From: an uncultured Bacteroidales bacterium
GTDB lineage: Bacteria > Bacteroidota > Bacteroidia > Bacteroidales > UBA10428
Length of the DNA stretch: 64,000 nucleotides
Direction: 5' to 3'
NCBI GenBank assembly: GCA_963705125.1
Contig: CAVPIY010000011.1
Span: forward strand, 222,953 to 286,952
Shown here one piece after another: positions 27,993 to 35,286 of the stretch (the first letter of the stretch is position 1; each line of letters opens with the position of its first letter). The notes beneath the pieces were generated by a model that was not told the origin of the DNA, ran no database searches, and saw only the letters and a program-made list of their open reading frames with translations. Made by a program: the position numbers and the translations under genes.

Positions 27993-29801
27993 TCATCTCC
28001 CGGTCATCTGTATATTTCTGATAACCATTCCCAGATTCATATTTGCATCCTTCAGCCTTTGACTCGCCTCCTCTTCATCCATGTTGTACAATATCCGGAG
28101 AATAGACTTTGCCCGTTCAACCAGCTTGTTGTTGATGCAGGCAACATCCACCATATAGGGACCTGCAACCTTCCCCATTTTTATCATTACGGCTGAAGAG
28201 ATGAAATTCAGCACTTTTTTGGTAGCCGTGCCTGCCTTCATTCGCGTGGATCCGGCAACTACTTCATTACCAGATAATAAAGGAATAACCTGGTCACAAA
28301 ACGACAGACTTTCAGCAGCATAATCACGCTGTATGATCACCGTGAAAGCCCCCCGGCTTTTGGCAAAAGCCAGGGCCGACTGAACGAACCAGGCATTCCC
28401 GCTGGCCGATATGCCAATTATTGTATCATCCCAAGTGATGTTTAAAAGCAGCATCTCCGGAACGGCACTGGCATCTTCTTCAAAATCCGATTCAATTTCA
28501 ATGGCGGCATCAGCTATTCCCCCCGAAATCAGGGTCAGGATCCGGTCTTCGGGAAATCCATAAGTGCAATGAATTTCAACTGCATCCATGGCAGCCAGCC
28601 GGCCACTCGTGCCTGCACCGACATAAATGATCCGGCCGCCCTGTATGATCTTTTCAGAGATCAGGTCAACCAGGGGAACCAGAGATGAAAGGCTCTTTTG
28701 CAGCTGATCACCGGCCTCCTGCTCTGCCTGATAGAGCATGTCAATAATTTCTGCTGTAGATAGATCCTGCAAATGAATATCCGGTTTATAGGGCACCTCC
28801 GATTCCAGGGCCTGGTATGATCTTATTACCCGCATGCCTTGCGCATCGGCCTCCCCCCTCGCTAATGACAGGGCACCGATAAGCTGAAGCCGGTTGCCTT
28901 CCTTCATAACACGAACTGTAATCCGGTGATCGAGCTCTTTGGGAATATCAGCCAGTAAGCTATTCAGTTCGGCTTCCAGTGCATACCCGCAGGCATGAAC
29001 CACATCAGCCAGTCCGCCGCATATCAACACCTCGTCAAGATTATATAGAATGGCTGCCGTGCTGATCACCTTTTTCAGGTTTTCCAGGTAATCCCTGCGG
29101 ATCTCAGTATAAACCGGATCCACAAATACCCTGAAAAGATCGCCTTCCGGAACTTCAGAGGCAAGTCCTGAAACACCGGCAATTTCATCATACCTTCCTG
29201 CCGGAGTTTGAATACTTCCCAACAGATTCAGCATCTTCCCGGGCCGCCACCTACGGCCGTTGCGCCAAACGGAAAAACCCAGTCCGGTCCCCACCGGCAT
29301 GATGCCTGTGCATATATCACCGTGTAATTTGTTCAGTTCGGCAATACCGATCGCAGAAGCATCCGCATCATTGATTAAAACCACCGGGCAATGAACCTGT
29401 TGCCTGAATGATTCCACCCAGTTTTCATTACAGAGGATCTGGAGATTTTCTGCCGCTTTCAAAACCCGGCTCCCCGTGTAATCCACGATTCCGGCTGTTG
29501 AAATGCCAATTCCGGCTATCTCATCAAGGCCATGACCCATTGCTGCGATCACTTTCCCGAGCGCTGCAATCAAATCCTGAGCCTTTGTCGCTTTCTGAAT
29601 CGGACTTTCGGTCTTCTGTACGTTCAACTCCCTGAAACCGGTTTCTTTTATCCTGTCAAACGAATCAGCTTCGATGCTGGTTCCCTTGATCCAGCTGCCT
29701 CCTATGTCAAGTGCGATGTAGTGCACCTCACCCCCTGCCCCCTCTGACCTCACCCCTAACCCCTCTCCCAGGGGAGAGGGGAAGAACGATTTAGTTATCA
29801 T
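27993..29801 (-). CDS. murQ: fusion protein: ROK/ASKHA-type sugar kinase (N-terminal) + N-acetylmuramic acid 6-phosphate etherase MurQ (C-terminal)
   Basis: 602-aa ORF. The N-terminal half has 'ALDIGGSWIKG', 'VLINDADASAIG' and 'GTGLGF' (sugar-kinase motifs). The C-terminal half has 'YVGAGTSGRLAAMDAVE', 'IGISASGNA' and 'GSTRMKAGTATKKVLN' (MurQ SIS-domain motifs). The first 25 codons are repeat-derived, so an alternative GTG start at 29726 ('VHYIALDIGGS') is plausible. Confidence 0.7.
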   Translation of the reverse strand: MITKSFFPSPLGEGLGVRSEGAGGEVHYIALDIGGSWIKGTSIEADSFDRIKETGFRELNVQKTESPIQKATKAQDLIAALGKVIAAMGHGLDEIAGIGISTAGIVDYTGSRVLKAAENLQILCNENWVESFRQQVHCPVVLINDADASAIGIAELNKLHGDICTGIMPVGTGLGFSVWRNGRRWRPGKMLNLLGSIQTPAGRYDEIAGVSGLASEVPEGDLFRVFVDPVYTEIRRDYLENLKKVISTAAILYNLDEVLICGGLADVVHACGYALEAELNSLLADIPKELDHRITVRVMKEGNRLQLIGALSLARGEADAQGMRVIRSYQALESEVPYKPDIHLQDLSTAEIIDMLYQAEQEAGDQLQKSLSSLVPLVDLISEKIIQGGRIIYVGAGTSGRLAAMDAVEIHCTYGFPEDRILTLISGGIADAAIEIESDFEEDASAVPEMLLLNITWDDTIIGISASGNAWFVQSALAFAKSRGAFTVIIQRDYAAESLSFCDQVIPLLSGNEVVAGSTRMKAGTATKKVLNFISSAVMIKMGKVAGPYMVDVACINNKLVERAKSILRILYNMDEEEASQRLKDANMNLGMVIRNIQMTGR

Positions 29802-30147
29802 ACTTGTCTAGTTTGGTATTCATCCCCTGTAACCTCACCCCTAACCCCTCTTCCCGCCAAGGCGGGACAGGCTCTAAAGTAGAGGGGAAGAAGCTTATTG
29901 ATATCATAATTGCTATAATTTACATCATTGCCGTTCACCTCACCCCCTGCCCCCTCTCCTGAAGGAGAGGGGAAGAAAGATTTAGTTATCATAATTGCTA
30001 TAATTTACATCATTGCCGTTCACCTCACCCCCTGCCCCCTCTCCTAAAAGAGAGGGGAAGAAAGATTTAGTTATCATAATTGCTATAATTTACATCATTG
30101 CCGTTCACCTCACCCCCTGCCCCCTCTCCTAAAAGAGAGGGGAAGAA
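29726..30147. repeat. array of at least five forward copies of the 'CCTCACCCC..CCCTCTCC-NNNN-GGAGAGGG' hairpin repeat, including an 85-bp tandem unit
   Basis: Copies start near 29726, 29748, 29832, 29937, 30022 and 30107. Nearly identical 85-bp units start at 29921, 30006 and 30091. Confidence 0.85.
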
Positions 30148-30158
30148 ACATAAAAATA

Positions 30159-30269
30159 TTATTCATCAATATAAATTAAGAGCCGGATTTCTGCGATGAT
30201 TCTATTCAATACCATATTTATTGAGTTCAAAATTTCCCAATTGGTAAAGCGAATATAATAATAAGATTC
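30159..30269 (-). pseudogene. C-terminal remnant of a DUF559 endonuclease gene
   Basis: The minus-strand translation 'ESYYYIRFTNWEILNSINMVLNRIIAEIRLLIYIDE*' aligns with '..IRIIRFTNQEILSSLDTVLFNI..' of the intact DUF559 ORF (12 of 20 identical in the core). The position relative to the flanking repeat is the same as at 7570-7583. Confidence 0.55.
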
Positions 30270-30280
30270 TATTAACGGAT

Positions 30281-30325
30281 TTCCCCTCGCCTTTAGGAGA
30301 GGGGCAGGGGTGAGGTCAGAGGGAT
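30281..30325. repeat. inverted copy of the hairpin repeat closing the decayed DUF559 unit
   Basis: 'TTCCCCTCGCCTTTAGGAGAGGGGCAGGGGTGAGG' has the opposite orientation to the 29726-30147 array. It overlaps the last codons of the 30293-31333 ORF. Confidence 0.75.
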
Positions 30326-31333
30326 TGGAGTAAGGTTATGCGCCACATCCCTGTAAGCTTTCATATTCTCCACAGAAGTATCCGGCGGAATCTCGCATCC
30401 TGCGGATACGATACCACGTCCTTTTGTTGCCAGATAGCATTGCCTGACGCTGTCTTCAATCTTTCCCCGTGTGCCGTCCCGTATAACGGATACCGGATCG
30501 CTGTTGCCCGAAACCACCTGTTTTTTGGAAAGCAAGGGCACGAAATCACCCATGGATGCGACGAGGTGGTCAATGTCCACAATATCAGCTCCGGTCCTGA
30601 TCATATCAGGCAGAATCGCCGTGGTGTTACCGCAAATGTGAAGCTTTACCCGGGCATTCATTTCATGCGCATGGTCAATTAAGGCCTTCTCGCGGGGGAA
30701 AACAAATTCCCGGTACAATTCCGGTGATATCAAGGAACAGACGGCATCACCTATACCAATACAGTGTGCTCCTGCATGAACCTGCGCCGTAATAAAGTTT
30801 ATACCGCTTCCGGTCATCACATCCAGCGCCAGACTGAGCTTTTCAGGATGCTCGTACATATCCATGCAGGCCGCGGAAACATCCCTGATGTCACAATAGG
30901 CTGCAAACGGGCCTTCAACCCAACCGCAGATGAACTGCGTATTGCCGACTTCTCTTTTATAAGCCTCTATCTCACGGATGCGTTCTGCTAACCGGTTATG
31001 TTCAGTCACTTTTAACACCAAAAGCTTATCAATATCCGGGATCTCCCGGATAAAAAATTCAAGCACCTGCGGGAGGTTGTTTTCCGGATAAGAAAGTTTT
31101 GTTCCGTAGGCTTCTGCCTCGGCGAACGCATCGGACATGACATTTACCCAGTCATACGAAAAGTCTGAAGCACACCGGATATTGGTTTCACATTTGGTTT
31201 TATGGTCGAGGCAGAAATCTCTGTATTTTACACCCGCATATTGCGCCGCAAATCGCATCAGTATCGGATGAAAGGGTGGACGGTCTACAGCCAGTCCATT
31301 GATAAAGTCCTGTGTTCTTTGCAGGGAATTCAT
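30293..31333 (-). CDS. uroporphyrinogen decarboxylase (URO-D)/MtaA-like family protein
   Basis: 346-aa ORF with no signal peptide. 'DRPPFHPILMRFAAQYAG', 'LHICGNTT' and 'DIVDIDH' are typical of URO-D/MtaA-type (beta/alpha)8 proteins. The C-terminal ~12 residues are encoded by the repeat. Confidence 0.55.
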   Translation of the reverse strand: MNSLQRTQDFINGLAVDRPPFHPILMRFAAQYAGVKYRDFCLDHKTKCETNIRCASDFSYDWVNVMSDAFAEAEAYGTKLSYPENNLPQVLEFFIREIPDIDKLLVLKVTEHNRLAERIREIEAYKREVGNTQFICGWVEGPFAAYCDIRDVSAACMDMYEHPEKLSLALDVMTGSGINFITAQVHAGAHCIGIGDAVCSLISPELYREFVFPREKALIDHAHEMNARVKLHICGNTTAILPDMIRTGADIVDIDHLVASMGDFVPLLSKKQVVSGNSDPVSVIRDGTRGKIEDSVRQCYLATKGRGIVSAGCEIPPDTSVENMKAYRDVAHNLTPIPLTSPLPLS

Positions 31334-31402
31334 TATTTCAAATTATATGTTTGATTTAGTTCCAAAATTTGCAGAAAAGAATTATGCCACAAAACTCTTT
31401 AT

Positions 31403-31556
31403 CACAAAGAACACAAAGGATTTTCACGAAGAACACAAAGGAAAATTAAGAAAAGGATAAGTATTAATGATCTGCCTGAAAGCAAATACAACCTTTGTGA
31501 ACTTTGTGACATATTACTTTGTGCCCTTTGTGGTAAAATTGGTTTGCATTTGTGGC
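31403..31556. repeat. inverted arrays of the heptamer CACAAAG/CTTTGTG
   Basis: Three 'CACAAAG' copies (31403-31441) face four 'CTTTGTG' copies plus 'TTTGTGG' (31493-31556) across a 50-nt AT-rich spacer. The block lies upstream of the URO-D-family gene. Confidence 0.7.
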
Positions 31557-31579
31557 AAAAAATCAGAGTTTACTATTCA

Positions 31580-32848
31580 TTATTTGTCAAACTGCGACAG
31601 ATCCAACATGGGATCGAGCCGGGCATTGGAAAAATACAGATCCTCCCAGGTAAGTTTTTCCCCTGAAAGGGCAGCCTCCCTGCCCAGGATAGCCGTCATG
31701 GCGGATTCAGCCCCTGACCGCGCTTCATTCAGGTAATTCCCGGTTTCGATGCTTCGGATGAAAGCGACCTCTTTATTTGCATCGGCATCCTGCAAAGCGG
31801 AAAGAAAGATGCCTGCTTTTCTTTGTTCTTCTGTGATTTCCGATGTGGCACATTTCGGTACGCCTGAATCCCATGGATTATCACCGCTGATAAAAACACC
31901 TCCGGAATAATGCGCCTCAGCAGTGCCTTTGGTTCCGATGAACTTCGCACATACATCCCCGAAAAGGGTTCCGAATTGTGTGGCAAGCAAGCTCACATGG
32001 ATACCGGGGTACTGATATAATACCTGATAATGCCTCCATGTATCCCCGAATGTCTGGCTTTCATCCTTGCCGCCAGTACCCATGGCATTCAGGGGTACCT
32101 TCCGTAACGCCCAGTTGCATACATCGAGCATGTGAATGCTCTGATCAAGCAGGGTACCACCCGATAAGGCCTGGAAGTTATATTGGTTCCGGATCCTGGC
32201 TTCATCATATGACATTCCGGAAACATCGCTGACCGAACTGCGGCCTGCCAGATAGCAAAGCTGTGCATTCAGGATGTCGCCGATATCGCCGCGCTGAATT
32301 CGTTTTACCATCTCCACATAGGGTGTGGCATAACGGATCTGGAAGCCTATGACAATACTCAGCTTTCCGTTTACCAGATTTCCGACATGCTCAACTTTGC
32401 GGCAACCCGCCACATCGGGTGCTGCCGGCTTCTCGCAATAGATGTGCTTACCTGCCCTGGCGGCGGCTTCCAGAAAATCAGCATGGGTATACGCCGGTGA
32501 AGATATCAGCACCGCATCAACATCCTTATTTTCAAGGAGCTTTAAATAAGCTTTTGAACCAACATGGGTATTTGTTTTCACAACCCTGGAAAAACCTTTT
32601 TTCACATTTTGCTCGTCGAGTGTCTTTTTTGCAAGCTCCAGCTTGTCCTCAAAAAGATCTGCCATGGCCACAATGTTGATATTGGTTTGCTCCGACATGG
32701 AAGTTATCACTGCTGTGCCGCGCCCACCGCACCCGATTATTCCCATCCGTATGGCCGAGTTTGCCTTTGTGCCAAAAACAGTGGCCGGATTTAAAATGGT
32801 TACCGCGGACAGTGCTGCGGTGTTTTGAAGGAAGTTTCTGCGTTTCAT
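31580..32848 (-). CDS. TAT-exported Gfo/Idh/MocA-family oxidoreductase
   Basis: 422-aa ORF. Twin-arginine signal 'MKRRNFLQNTAALSAV', Rossmann segment 'IRMGIIGCGGRG' and 'AGKHIYCEKPAA'. Confidence 0.8.
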   Translation of the reverse strand: MKRRNFLQNTAALSAVTILNPATVFGTKANSAIRMGIIGCGGRGTAVITSMSEQTNINIVAMADLFEDKLELAKKTLDEQNVKKGFSRVVKTNTHVGSKAYLKLLENKDVDAVLISSPAYTHADFLEAAARAGKHIYCEKPAAPDVAGCRKVEHVGNLVNGKLSIVIGFQIRYATPYVEMVKRIQRGDIGDILNAQLCYLAGRSSVSDVSGMSYDEARIRNQYNFQALSGGTLLDQSIHMLDVCNWALRKVPLNAMGTGGKDESQTFGDTWRHYQVLYQYPGIHVSLLATQFGTLFGDVCAKFIGTKGTAEAHYSGGVFISGDNPWDSGVPKCATSEITEEQRKAGIFLSALQDADANKEVAFIRSIETGNYLNEARSGAESAMTAILGREAALSGEKLTWEDLYFSNARLDPMLDLSQFDK

Positions 32849-32862
32849 ATAGTAGTTTTAAC

Positions 32863-33033
32863 AAGTGCCTAGAGTGCCTAAAGTACTTAAAGTGCCTAAA
32901 GTACTTAAAGTGCCTAGAGTACTTAGAGTACTTAGAGTATTTAGAGCGTTTAAATTATTTAAAAGTATTTAGGTAGTTTAGTACGATCCAAGTACTTTAG
33001 GCACTTTAGGCACTTTAAGTACTTTAGGCACTT
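32863..33033. repeat. 9-bp tandem array folding into a long imperfect palindrome
   Basis: Eleven units of '(A/G)AGT(G/A)C(C/T)TA' lie at 32863-32961. About five reverse-complement units 'AAGTACTTT/AGGCACTTT' lie at 32990-33033. The block fills the gap between two minus-strand genes. Confidence 0.9.
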
Positions 33034-33034
33034 C

Positions 33035-34243
33035 CTACTTCCACATATAAATCGCCACATCCCCCGGATCAACTTCAATCGTGCTGTTATAAACACTTGC
33101 CGGGACCAGTGTTCCGTCTTTAAGAACTTTTTTCACTTTGGCATCACATTCAACCGTGAGGATCATGGGTTTGATAAAATCACGGTTTACCACAACCAGA
33201 AAATTATTATTATTATTCTTTAGAACTGAAACCACAGCACAGGTTCCCTCGGTTTTCAGCACCTGGAAAGGTTCCGGAAGACTTACCAAAGGCTTCGTCC
33301 CAACTGGAATCGTTTCCCCGGTATGGGCAACTGAAACTACCCTGGCATTTAAAAAAACAGCGGACAGATATTTAATCTCATTGTTAATTATTTTTATCCT
33401 GTCATACACCTGGGTTCTTTTGCCTTCCGGTGTAACCGGACCGCGATTGAACTTCCACAGGGTATCCAGGGGGGGTGTCCAGTAAGTGAAATACTGTATC
33501 CCTTGTGCACCATAGGCCAGATCACTGTATACCTGGAGTCTCATCTGCGGAATTGTGGGTACAGGATAGGGGCCATGGGCAACAGACAGGGAAAAAGCCC
33601 AGAAAGGCTTGCCTGCTTTTCGTGCTGCTTCGGAGAAAATCTCCAGGTTCTCATACCAGTTGTACCGTAAGGAATCACCCAATACCGGATAATGGTCAAA
33701 CGACAACTTCTGCACCGGCACTTCAGCAATAAACAGATCCACATGCTCCTGGTAGGTTTTAGTACCCAGCTGCTGCTCGTTTGCATAATTGGGAAAGAGG
33801 TTCAGATAACAAAAATGATCATCATCAACAGCCCGGATTTTTCTCACCCATTCCCCGAGTTCCAGGAAATCTGACCGGCCTGGTTCATCACGCAGCATAT
33901 AGCCTGCAAGGGCGGGATGTTTCATAAATCGCTTCACCGTTTCCCCCGTATTGGTCTTAAGCTCTGGACAGGCAACAAACAATTTCACACCTGTTTTTTG
34001 GGCAATCCGGAGTGCCTTTTCCATGGATTCTATGTTCGGGAAGAATGTAAGGTTGTAAGTGATCCCTGATTCTTTCAACTCACGGTAGCGGACTTCCGAC
34101 GTTTCTTCAGCCGGAATGCCATACCATGCCACAATCGGGATCTCTCCCTTGCTCACCAGTTTTTCCTGTGATAACAGGGGACTGACTCCGACAAAAGCAG
34201 AAACCAGCAATAAAAAAAGTAGTTTTTTCATATCCAAAATCAT
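33035..34243 (-). CDS. hypothetical secreted protein, possibly a clan GH-A-like TIM-barrel glycosidase
   Basis: 402-aa ORF with signal peptide 'MKKLLFLLLVSAF' (likely start 34231). 'YMLRDEPG' resembles the acid/base N-E-P-type motif. The family is not recognised. Confidence 0.35.
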   Translation of the reverse strand: MILDMKKLLFLLLVSAFVGVSPLLSQEKLVSKGEIPIVAWYGIPAEETSEVRYRELKESGITYNLTFFPNIESMEKALRIAQKTGVKLFVACPELKTNTGETVKRFMKHPALAGYMLRDEPGRSDFLELGEWVRKIRAVDDDHFCYLNLFPNYANEQQLGTKTYQEHVDLFIAEVPVQKLSFDHYPVLGDSLRYNWYENLEIFSEAARKAGKPFWAFSLSVAHGPYPVPTIPQMRLQVYSDLAYGAQGIQYFTYWTPPLDTLWKFNRGPVTPEGKRTQVYDRIKIINNEIKYLSAVFLNARVVSVAHTGETIPVGTKPLVSLPEPFQVLKTEGTCAVVSVLKNNNNNFLVVVNRDFIKPMILTVECDAKVKKVLKDGTLVPASVYNSTIEVDPGDVAIYMWK

Positions 34244-34272
34244 TAAATCACTGAATCAGTAAATACCTGCAA

Positions 34273-34348
34273 CACCTCACCCCAACCCTCTCCTAAAGGA
34301 GAGGGAGTTCCCCTTCTCCTTTAGGAGAAGGGGTTAGGGGATGAGGTG
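34273..34348. repeat. gene-less back-to-back inverted pair of the hairpin repeat (MITE-like)
   Basis: 'CACCTCACCCCAACCCTCTCCTAAAGGAGAGGG-AGTT-CCCCTTCTCCTTTAGGAGAAGGGGTTAGGGGATGAGGTG'. It is nearly identical, in reverse orientation, to 60275-60351. Confidence 0.85.
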
Positions 34349-34377
34349 ACCCATCATCAAATCAACAAATCAATAAA

Positions 34378-35172
34378 TCAATAAATCAATAGGTCGGCCC
34401 TTCTTATAAATATCTCAGCTCCTTCCGATTGTATCTGGATCTTTCCGGAGCTGGGACGAACCTGAACGGCATGATTCACTAGAATGCCGTTGAGCAAAAC
34501 CGTGATTTCATCTCCCCTGGCAATGCATTCCAGTTTGTTCCACTCGCCTGCTGGCTTTTCAATGTCTTTTTTACCCCGGAAACCTTTAACATCCTGCCAG
34601 TCGGGATCCCGGCCAAACCAGTTTATTCGTCCTTCCTGAATTGTAACCAGGTCACCTTCAGGTTGAAATACATATGACCCGTTTTGCTGCTCAGCAGTAA
34701 CCTTGCAGGTTATGACAAACTTGTCACTACCGTCGCCGACAACAATAAAATCACCGGTACCACCCTCAATTACCTGACATTCTATTGAATGTATCCAGAT
34801 CCCGGATGCAGCTCCATCCATACCCTGTGAATGCAGCAGTATACCGCTGTCCCTGGCTTTATCCAGTCTGGGATCAAATGTTTTCTCACCCCATCTGAAC
34901 TCTATTGTAAGGTGGTAATTTTCGTATTCGTCGATGGTCGTCATGCATCCCCATTCCTCGCCCGATATCCGGATCAGGCCATCGCTGACCATGAATACCT
35001 TTTTCGGATCAATGTTACGTCCCCGGTCCTGGAGAAAGGTGTACCAACCCTCCAGGTTCCGGCCATTGAATAATTGTATGGTCTCTTCCTTGCTAACCGG
35101 TTTCTCCTGGGATAGCACGGGACATGCTCCGGCAAAAGCAGAAACCAGCAATAAAAACAATAGTTTTTTCAT
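34378..35172 (-). CDS. DUF1080 (3-keto-disaccharide hydrolase-like, LamG fold) secreted protein
   Basis: The N-terminal 'LFNGRNLEGWYTF' and C-terminal 'GKIQIQSEGAEIFIRRADL' are the usual DUF1080 bookends. The ORF track starts at a TTG (35178); the ATG at 35172 gives 'MKKLLFLLLVSAF'. Confidence 0.7.
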   Translation of the reverse strand: MKKLLFLLLVSAFAGACPVLSQEKPVSKEETIQLFNGRNLEGWYTFLQDRGRNIDPKKVFMVSDGLIRISGEEWGCMTTIDEYENYHLTIEFRWGEKTFDPRLDKARDSGILLHSQGMDGAASGIWIHSIECQVIEGGTGDFIVVGDGSDKFVITCKVTAEQQNGSYVFQPEGDLVTIQEGRINWFGRDPDWQDVKGFRGKKDIEKPAGEWNKLECIARGDEITVLLNGILVNHAVQVRPSSGKIQIQSEGAEIFIRRADLLIY

Positions 35173-35196
35173 CTTCAAAATCTATTTAAAATATAT

Positions 35197-35286
35197 AAGT
35201 ACTCTAAGTACTCTAAGTACTCTAAGTACTCTAAGTACTCTAAATACTCTAAGTACTCTAAGTACTCTAAGTACTTTAGGCACTTT
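35197..35286. repeat. ten direct copies of a 9-bp unit (AAGTACTCT)
   Basis: Units start every 9 nt from 35197; seven are exact 'AAGTACTCT'. The last two ('AAGTACTTT', 'AGGCACTTT') overlap the stop of the upstream gene. The array ends 24 nt upstream of the DUF1080 start codon. Confidence 0.9.

Noticed and set aside
29798-29992. 64-aa ORF 'MITKSFFPSPSGEGAGGEV...'. The same applies to the repeat-encoded ORFs at 32761-32976 (+) and 34934-35422 (+).
   Set aside because: They are translations of the hairpin repeat or the 9-bp tandem arrays ('LKCLKYLKCL', 'STLSTLSTL'). They are low-complexity, have no independent start context, and duplicate peptide strings generated by repeat copies.
29726-30147. 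Possible CRISPR array (regularly spaced palindromic repeats with an 85-bp period)
   Set aside because: The whole 85-bp unit, including the would-be spacer, is repeated almost identically, so there are no unique spacers. The repeat also occurs singly and in inverted pairs elsewhere. No cas genes are in the window.
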